Source of the DNA: Eledone cirrhosa
Lineage: Eukaryota
Assembly: GCA_964016885.1 (NCBI GenBank)
Contig: OZ024745.1
Span: forward strand, 40,362,001 to 40,426,000
Length of the DNA stretch: 64,000 bases
Direction of reading: 5' to 3'
Shown here: positions 53,156 through 64,000 of the stretch, one piece after another
Layout of the letters: the number at the start of each line of letters is the position of its first letter
Position numbering within the stretch: the first letter of the stretch is position 1
The notes under the pieces: generated by a model
The model's input: only the letters and a program-made list of their open reading frames with translations
Database searches by the model: none
Told to the model about the DNA's origin: nothing
Translations under genes and position numbers: made by a program

Positions 53156-55084
53156 AATACTACGTTTGCTAAGTATTCAGCTGACACGTCTAGTTTTAAT
53201 TTAATTCTTTGTCATAATCAACGTAACAAAATATGTGAAAAGGATCTATTTTCAATTAGAGGTACAATACATACGACTGATCTCTAAACAGTGTATATCT
53301 ACCTAATTTAATTACCAACACATGAGTTGACTCGATGTTATAGTAAAGGCATTAACCGGAATTGTCTCACGATGTGATCGATCTCCTGGTCTCCTACTTG
53401 CGAAGCAAAATTATAAATGTGATAGATTAATGTCATATCAGAATATTGTAACATAAAACTGTCAAATTATTTTGTATTTAAGTGACAATGCAAACATATA
53501 CGTATTAAGATTTTTATATAAATGTACTGTGTATCTAAATAACATGTCTTTGAATTTTAAAAGATTAAAGTAATAAATGAAGTTATGATTTTTCATATAC
53601 TTAGCAAAATAGAATCAGAAACTCCGATGAGTCCAGTCTTTTAATTCTGTAGTTACATGCTTTGACATCTAACCCTCTACAGGATAAGTTTTTAGTTTTT
53701 TATATTAAGTATTTCTATTTATATAATCAGGTGTGTGGCGTATATTAAGTAAAGTTAAAGGATGAAGTAAGACACCCAGAGGATAGATATGATGTACAAT
53801 TTTATGTCAGATGAAATTCAGATAAAGAAATATTAAAAGGTTACCTTTGTGATTCGTTTCTTTTAAAGTCCACTAATACACAGATAATATAAAAATAAAA
53901 TCACGCACATATATTCAATATAACGACAAGAGAAATATTCACATTAAGACAAAAAAAAAAAAGCACAAACTGAACAAGCTTTCTGAATCAATGTATTTTA
54001 AGACCTCACTCTATAGAATCAAAATGTTCTAGCCTGAACAATGTAACTCTATCCGTCGAAAGGAAATCAAATTTCACGAAATATAATCACGAATCGAGCT
54101 CAGAGCAAAACAGTTTTCAAAGGCCAACCTATACGTGTCTACTGCAAGGAGCTGCACAGCGTTATCTTACGAAAACTAAATATTATCGAACAGCATATGT
54201 GTATATGTAAAAGTTACCAGCAATATATGTTTTTCAATATCATTACTAGGAGCAACTTTTGTTGGTTTACTAACTCTCAAATTTCAAAATGTAGAAGGAA
54301 AAAGATCTGAACATGTAAATCAGTAGGTGTTAATGGATTTTGTTAAATAGAAAAAATATACTTCCATTTTGTTGTGCTACATATAATCGCCGACTCTCGC
54401 ACACCCCCATACTCTTACATATAAATATATATACACAGATAAATACTCATATTGATAAAAAATATTTTAATATATAACATACATATATTCATTATATTTA
54501 CATGTATACATTCATTTTATTTACATGTATACATAATATATATATATATGTGTGTGTTTGTTAGTGATATCGATGACTATGTCGTAGAAGCAACTATAAT
54601 ATCATACTAGTTTATTATCTTCTCCACCCACGAATTTATTTCTGCATGCTATATATCTATATGGATATATATATCATATATTTTTTACTCGAAAATACAT
54701 ATACATACATCAAAGTATACATGCACATGCATGTATGGATTGGAGATACTCTATTATCATTTTGAGTGAAATTTGGTACAGGGAAATCGTGTCGTATATA
54801 CATGTATGTATTTGTTCCAGTAAATGTATGACTATGTTTGTTCGTGTGTGCATGCGTTTACCGTTGCGTGTGTGCTTGTATTTACAGTCTGTTAACAAAC
54901 TCTAAACTAGCGGTTCCAAATAAGTAGTTCGATAGAACAATATCTGACTTGACAAAAAAGGGTATGTATTAGGTAGATACGATCGATAACGTTCCTACAA
55001 TGCGCCGTCCCATGTAAATCAAAGCTACCATAATCTATATATATACATATTTTAGAAATTATGCTTATTTCTCATGTAACTCTG

Positions 55085-55730
<646 letters not shown>

Positions 55731-55743
55731 TATATATATATAT

Positions 55744-55934
55744 AGGAAAATGTTTAACCCCGACGGCAGAGCTCAAGACGTGTCGACGGCTATTTCTGGA
55801 GCAGAAATAGCCGTCGAAACGGCTTGAGCTCTGCCGTCGGGGTTAAACCTTTTCCTGTTACCCACTCTACTACCCTAAGTATTGAGTACTCTGGTGCGTT
55901 ATGGGCCATCTGGTTCCTTACCACACCTCCTTCG

Positions 55935-55936
<2 letters not shown>
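55744..55936 (+). mobile_element. HHR family C, truncated, with fold-back (55744-55798 / 55802-55856)
   Basis: 3' half of the ribozyme GAAACGGC..GCCGTC^GGGG; tail ends TCCTTCGTT plus (AT)n. Confidence 0.85.
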
Positions 55937-55970
<34 letters not shown>

Positions 55971-56089
55971 CAGATTAAAGTTTAAGCAAATAATCGTTGC
56001 TTTCACCCATAACGGGGTCTTCTGAGACTCTTTGTATTTTAGTCTTCACATTTATTCTTATTACTATATATATATATATTCTATTCTAT

Positions 56090-57099
56090 TCTAGGGCGGG
56101 TAAAATTCCCGAGATCCATGGACGAGCTCGCTCCAGCGGTCTCTGTCCCTCATTATCGCTGCCATGTCCTGCGTCTCCAACAGACCAGTGTCTGCCCTTA
56201 GGGCATCAACATACGTTAATGTTGGTCTTCCTCTTCCAATGTGTCTATGTAGGGTCTCCCTCAGGAGCACTGAGTGCAATGTCAACTCTGGATGTCGGTA
56301 AGCATGTCCAGCTAACCTCAGTCTCCTCTGTGTTACTTTTGAGCTGACTTTTGGGAGGCTCTCATACAGTTCTGAGTGTTTCATCCTTAGTGTATACTGA
56401 TTAATGTTCAGAGCCATCCTCAGCATTCTCGTGTAGCGCCCATCCACCATCTGAGTGAGTTTCTTGGTCAGTGTCCAAGTTTCACACCTGTACAGCAGCA
56501 CAGACTCCACTACAGCATGAAGAGGCGGATTGTAAGGTCTTTACGAATTTCCGACTTCCACACCGATCTCAAGCTGTGCCACGCAGCCCAAGCTTTGCTC
56601 TTCCTCTCAAGCACATCATCCTCCGTATTCCCAATTTTTGCTCCCAAATACAGGAAGCCCTCAACCAATTCTAGCGGCTACTCGCCGACATTAGTGATCC
56701 CTTCTGGCTTCTCAACATTCTTTACCGGATATTTTGTTTTAGTCTCATTCATTCTCAGCCCCACACTGATCGACACAGTATCAACCTCCGACATCAAATC
56801 CTCTGCTCCTTCACTGTATTTGTCACCGAAACTATGTCGTCGTCGAATTCAGCATCCGATATCTGTTTCGCCTTAACTCTCCTGATCTCAGCCGGTGATA
56901 CAGTAAAGCCAGAGTCCCGGTGTTTCTCCAGTGCAAAGCGCATACAATAGTCCACTACGATGATGAAAAGGTAGGGAGCCAATGTATTTCCCTGGAGCAC
57001 TCCAGCCCCAGTATCTCAAAGAACTCTGTAATCCCATCAGATGTAATGACATGGGCTTTGGTGTTGGTGTAGAGCAGTGATATCATCTTCTTGGGAATT

Positions 57100-57101
<2 letters not shown>
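56090..57101 (-). mobile_element. Decayed RTE-like LINE RT/3' portion
   Basis: LQGNTLAPYLFIIVVDY, EFDDDI, ESVLLYRCETWTLT, RRLRLAGH, GRPTLTYVD; (TAGAA)-type tail. Confidence 0.9.
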
Positions 57102-57145
<44 letters not shown>

Positions 57146-57201
57146 TATATAAATTTGACAACTTTGATAGGTCTCGTCCAATATCTTCTTGTGGATTCTA
57201 T

Positions 57202-57267
<66 letters not shown>

Positions 57268-57269
<2 letters not shown>

Positions 57270-58350
57270 TAAAGCATGTCCTTAGAATTATTAGATAAAA
57301 TATATACCATTTCCTCTCCCAATTAGCATAATTAACCATATAATTAATTTTACACCTGATTGTGTATGGTTGATGGTATATTTAGTCAGTTTCTACATGT
57401 TGTCGAAATGTTGGATAAATACTCTATTGGGGCCACCGTGAAGAGGCCACTTTCGGTTATTTGTCGGAGATTTCTTCATAAGACCCTTTCTTCTTATAGC
57501 TTGGTCTAATTGATTTTTATATGGTTAATTATGCTAATTGGGAGAGGAAATGGTATATATTTTATCTAATAATTCTAAGGACATGATTTATGGTATATTG
57601 CTCTGATTATTTAATTTATTAATTCTTCATAGAGCCAAAGAGTGACCAATTGCAGCATATATATCTATAACTTTATGTATATGTAAACCTTTATATTTAA
57701 TAATCTCCTGTTAGGTTGAGATACAATTTGGCGATATTTGGCTGCGCTTTCTAGCAACAAGCCTACCCGCCGTAAGCAACCAATCACATTCTTTCTAGCT
57801 TGACCACAGCCACATTGCGATTCTTAAACATTTTTTAATCTAATTTTGGCGCGATCACGTTGGAAAACTGAATGTCTGATTTTGAGTTTGTCTCATGATG
57901 AATCCTAACTCAAGATATTCCTATTAATTGGATGTCTAAAAATACGGATGAAACCATGGTAGCGGATATGATTACGGTATGTACACATTTCTTCTAAGTT
58001 TAAGTTTACACCTAATTGTGTATGGTTGATGGTATATTTAGTCAGTTTCTACACGCTGTCGAAATGTTGGAGAAATACTCTATTGGGGCCACCGCGAAGA
58101 GGTCACATTCGGTTATTTGTCGGAGATTTCTTCATAAGAGCCTTTCTTGTTATAGCTTGGTCTAATTAATTTTTTATATGGTTAATTATGCTAATTGGGA
58201 GAGGAAATGGTATATATTTTATCTAATAATTCTAAGGACATGATTTATGATATATTGCTCTGATTATTTAATTTATTAATTCTTCATAGAGCCAAAAAGT
58301 GATCGGTTGCAGCATATATATCTATAACTTTATGTATATGTAAACCTTTA

Positions 58351-58356
<6 letters not shown>
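57268..58356 (+). mobile_element. Non-coding partial tandem (about 350-bp direct repeats, period about 656) with a 5' inverted piece
   Basis: 57349-57699 repeats at 58005-58356; 57268-57342 is the reverse complement of about 57519-57591; decayed HHR at 57889-57968; (TA)n flanks. Confidence 0.85.
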
Positions 58357-58413
<57 letters not shown>

Positions 58414-58415
<2 letters not shown>

Positions 58416-58592
58416 CGAAGGAAATGTGGTAAGGAACCAGGTGGACCATAACGCACCAAAGTACTCAATACTTAGGGTAGTAGAGTGGGTAACAGGAACC
58501 AGTAGGACCCCGACGGCTGAGCTCAATCCGTTTCGACGGCTAATTCTGTCCAGAAACGGCTTGAGCTCAACCGTCGGGGTCCTACTCGTTCC

Positions 58593-58593
<1 letters not shown>
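58414..58593 (-). mobile_element. HHR family C, truncated, with fold-back
   Basis: Matches 63693-63830; inverted piece at about 58553-58593. Confidence 0.85.
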
Positions 58594-58619
<26 letters not shown>

Positions 58620-58623
<4 letters not shown>

Positions 58624-59560
58624 TTGATAACTTTGATAGGTCTCGTCCAGTATTGGCCCCGGCTATGTCTAACTTAATAGCACCAGCTGGTTAAGTCTTT
58701 CAAATCAGGATTTGGACAACATGGCCCACTCAAGTATAGAGTTATTGCTTACAGAGACATATCCGGGTGGGTGTAGGATGTTTATCCGGGATTTCTTGAA
58801 ATAATTTGTCGAAAGAATTCCTTATCTTTTTGGGGTCTGTTTCTGTTTTAATGTGTTTTCGTGTAATGTTAAAGAGAACAGGGCTAATTGGCGTGAAATA
58901 TTTGTGCCGTATTGTTCTTATGAGATGTGAGTGGGATTTTCGCTGTAGCCGGATAGCACGGGGCCCAATCTTCGTGTGTTCCTTAAAGGTGATACCAACA
59001 TCATTTCGGCAATGCTTATGGAAGATCTACACCATGCAGATGATGTAGCGCTGACGGCGAGGTTGGAGTGAATAAAGTTTCATGATACTTTGTTTCGTGT
59101 GGGGAGACCACATTGTACAATATTACTCACGCTGGGGTCGGGCAAAAGTGGAGAAGAGAAGAAGGATATTTTGGATATCTCTCGACTGGAAGGTTCTGAT
59201 AATCCAGGAAGACATTCTGCGGGCCATGTAGCTTTGCTGTTTATATGAGTGGCCCAGCTGATGTTGTTGACCACAGTTATGCCCAAGTATCTGATGTTGT
59301 TGGATGTCACGAAAAGTTTCACCTGAAGAAAGGGAGTATGGGAATTTCAGGGCATCCTATTATCCAAACTGGGTTAACTCCAACTTATCCTCGTTAAGCA
59401 GTATAATGTTCTTCTCCGCCCATAACATATCAGCCAATAGGTCTGATTGAAAGTATGTCCGGTCACCCACTTCATTGATGACCTTCTGGAGTGTGGAATC
59501 ATTTGCAAAGGTTCTTATGTTGCTGTGCTAAATGATGTCAGTAAGGTCATTAATGTCGAT
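58620..59560 (-). mobile_element. CR1/L2-type LINE RT C-terminal part and 3' end
   Basis: IRTFANDS (FADD-like) and RYLGITVVNNISWATHIN. The same 3' end recurs at 57150-57200. Confidence 0.75.
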
Positions 59561-59593
59561 TTAATATTTATATGTATATATTTATATATATAT

Positions 59594-61125
<1,532 letters not shown>

Positions 61126-61141
61126 ATATATATGTATATAT

Positions 61142-61290
61142 ATTTGTTTTGCGAGGTTTTTTATATGAAATCGTGTGTCGAAACAAATAATGTTATACTT
61201 GGGGAGGGTCATATTGTTGTAATATTATACTATTGCCAGAAATAATATTTCTGGCAATAGTATTACAACAATATGACCTTTCCTCAGTAT
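61142..61290. repeat. Palindromic pair of Neptune-like PLE tail/ORF-start fragments
   Basis: GGTCATATTGTTGTAAT..ACTATTGCCAGAAAT aat ATTTCTGGCAATAGTATTACAACAATATGACC. Confidence 0.85.
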
Positions 61291-61350
61291 GTATATATAT
61301 ATATACGTGTGGTGTTGTGTGTGTGTGTGGGGGGGTATATGTGTGTGTGT

Positions 61351-61412
<62 letters not shown>

Positions 61413-61504
61413 AGATATAGATATTTGTATATATACATATTTATATATATATATATATGTATACTCAAAAACATATTTATATATATATATATATATGTAT
61501 ATAC

Positions 61505-62896
61505 TCAAAAACTCAGAAATGTTCAGTAGTTTTAAGTTTAATATTCTGATCGCAGATTTGGTACGAGTGATGAAGAATGTGTCCCGCATGTGCGACCCAA
61601 CAGAAATGGAAAGACACATCCAACACTTCATCAACCGCATGCAGTTATCTGGCTACAACCAAAGAGATAGAGTCAGAGTATACAAATGAGCTATGGAGTA
61701 TTATAAGTCCCGCATAGAACTGGACAAGAAAGGAATTTGCCCATTATACAGGAGCAAATCATGGAATAGCTTAGATAGGGCTAGACATAAGATAGGGAAA
61801 GCCACCTCATGGTACGACAACCAGAGATACCAGAGTGTAATATTTGTGGACGCTACCCCTGGAGGGAAATTAGTTAACCAGTGTAGAAAGGCCCTGAGAA
61901 AGACCCACTTAAAGATTAATGTGGTCGAAAAACCAGGAACAACCATAAAATCCCTTATCAGCAAAACCTACCCTTTTAAGAAAACCCACTGTACTAATAG
62001 GACATGTATCATATGTAAGGTAAACCCCCGGATAAACTGTAAAACTAGAAACCTAGTCTATAGCATGAGGTGTACAAAGGGTACTTGCAGAAACATGACA
62101 ACAACATACATAGGCGAGACAGCTCGTAGCATAGGTGAAAGGATAGACCAACACTGGGGGGAACTAAAAGGACGAAAAAATGGTTCAGTACTATACGAAC
62201 ATGCCAGACAACAACACAACGGTAACAAAGACAACATAGAAATTAGAATAATATTTAAACATAGAAATGACCCAGCAGACAGGCAAATCAGAGAGGCCAG
62301 TGAAATAGAACTTAGAAGGCCAAGGCTAAACAGAAAGAATGATTGGAATAACAACAACACCCAAACAAACAACACTGACCTAAGAGAAGTATAAATAAAT
62401 AAATAGATAAATAAATAAATAAATCCATACACAAGCACAATAACAACAAACATATATAAACACACACTAGTAAAGATAGAATACATAAACCAATACACAG
62501 TCACCCAATCACGAACACACATCAAACAAAACACTATACACACACGCAAACGGATGCGCAAAGGAGACAAAATAAAATAAACAAATAAATAAATATATAA
62601 ACAGACTAAATAAAGATGGCGTAGAAATACAATGCAACGGGGGGAAACAATAGCACCACTGACGAGGTGCAGATGTGCAGCGAATGTACTTTGATAAACT
62701 ATATATTTGTGTTTGTGTCTATATTGTATCTGTATTATTTTTGACCATTGGTCAATCAATGGCAACATTGAGGGCCGAATAAATTAGATTACCGATATAA
62801 AAGACACAGAAGCAAAACGCGAAAACCAACCAAACAGTGAGTGTGTTCTCTTATTAATTCTGGCAATATTACGCAAATATGACCCTCCCCAAGTAT

Positions 62897-62903
<7 letters not shown>
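61505..62903 (+). mobile_element. 5'-truncated Neptune-like Penelope copy: thumb, Cys linker, GIY-YIG, 3'UTR, HHR (62655-62695), tail
   Basis: ORF 61693-62394: CTNRTCIIC, LVYSMRC..YIGETARSIGER..LNRKNDW; ends ATGACCCTCCCAAGTATAACAAT plus (AT)n. Confidence 0.93.
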
Positions 62904-62934
<31 letters not shown>

Positions 62935-62936
<2 letters not shown>

Positions 62937-63540
62937 CAGGTCAACAGTTGGTGCTACTGGTAACATGTATCCCAGTACAACATGTCCCATGGTGGGGTCG
63001 TTGGCGACTAAACTGGCAACCCTACCAAGGTTTCTTGCTGAGGAGGGTGACTTTGGAGATGCTGCAGGACTAAAAACAAGACCTGTCAAAGGGCAAACGA
63101 GCTCTTAAGTGTTAATGGCCATCCAAAATCAACGGGAGAGATGACCCCTTAGCCTTTGTCAAGGCAGAATTCTAGGAGAAGGAACACTCTGATATAACAC
63201 CTGCAAATCTGATGGTATCCAATGATGTTGACTTGTTCTTCTTTTTGGTAAATATCATCTTGGTTAAGAGAGTGGAACTGGCTTTGTGCGCAGCCTTTGC
63301 TCACTATAAAAGCTTCACGGGACAAGCATTGCTTTATATCTGGAGATCTCTCTGCACTTGTCGTCTCATGGTACCATTGGCCCAACACTATGTGTCAATA
63401 ATTGTCACAAGTGTAGTGTTTGTAACAGAGTTTTCAAGTCGCTGGCTGGACTAAAAAGTCACACTCGTTCAGCGCATCGGTGGGTTCTCCTACATGGATA
63501 TAAAGTAGTGGCCGTACTCGAAAACGAGTTGGCAGCCACC
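62935..63540 (+). mobile_element. Internally deleted (bipartite) RTE derivative: 5'UTR fused to last zinc finger and 3' end
   Basis: 63131-63332 is homologous to RTE 5'UTR 33377-33599; then [22 protein letters not shown] and TGGCCGTACTCGAAAACGAGTTGGCAGCCA. Confidence 0.8.
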
Positions 63541-63556
63541 ACATATATATATATAC

Positions 63557-64000
<444 letters not shown>

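Noticed and set aside
53624-53690. CCGATGAGTCC..GGAT hammerhead-like string
   Set aside because: Both core boxes are defective and there are no supporting copies.
61687-61689. In-frame TGA in the PLE ORF as possible Sec readthrough
   Set aside because: It aligns to a Gly (GGA) codon in the 39.6k copy, so it is an ordinary nonsense mutation.
62940-63020. HDV-like ribozyme at the RTE derivative 5' end (GTCG ttgg CGA-CTAA-ACTGG)
   Set aside because: P4, J4/2 and P2 look plausible, but I could not build P1, P3 and P1.1. An HDV descriptor search on the family consensus is needed.

Overview
AT-rich animal genomic DNA that is almost entirely repeats. No host gene is supportable. The SINE family, the C2H2-tailed RTE LINE and the dense (TA)n/(TG)n microsatellites suggest an octopod cephalopod (inference). 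Contents: (i) two tandem RTE-clade LINEs at 27.1-37.7 kb, the second with an intact 1181-aa APE-RT-3xC2H2 ORF; (ii) three decayed copies of a Neptune-like Penelope (PLE) family and one scrambled Naiad-like PLE with an inverted pLTR; (iii) a Helitron-like tandem/fold-back array at 49-51 kb; (iv) about 10 tRNA-type SINE copies and several LINE remnants. The main unexplained signal is a set of short non-coding elements embedded in (TA)n tracts. They occur as fold-back palindromes or partial tandems. Reading them by eye gives type I hammerhead ribozyme (HHR) motifs from about 11 families, counting the two PLE families. Two families have a compensatory U3:A8 core, and several have a greatly extended stem II. 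Together they look like a population of PLE-mobilised, retrozyme-like parasites. Separately, the RTE 5' leader contains a SINE with clustered A>G changes, consistent with ADAR hyper-editing fixed by reverse transcription. All structures were folded by eye and coordinates are approximate to a few nt.
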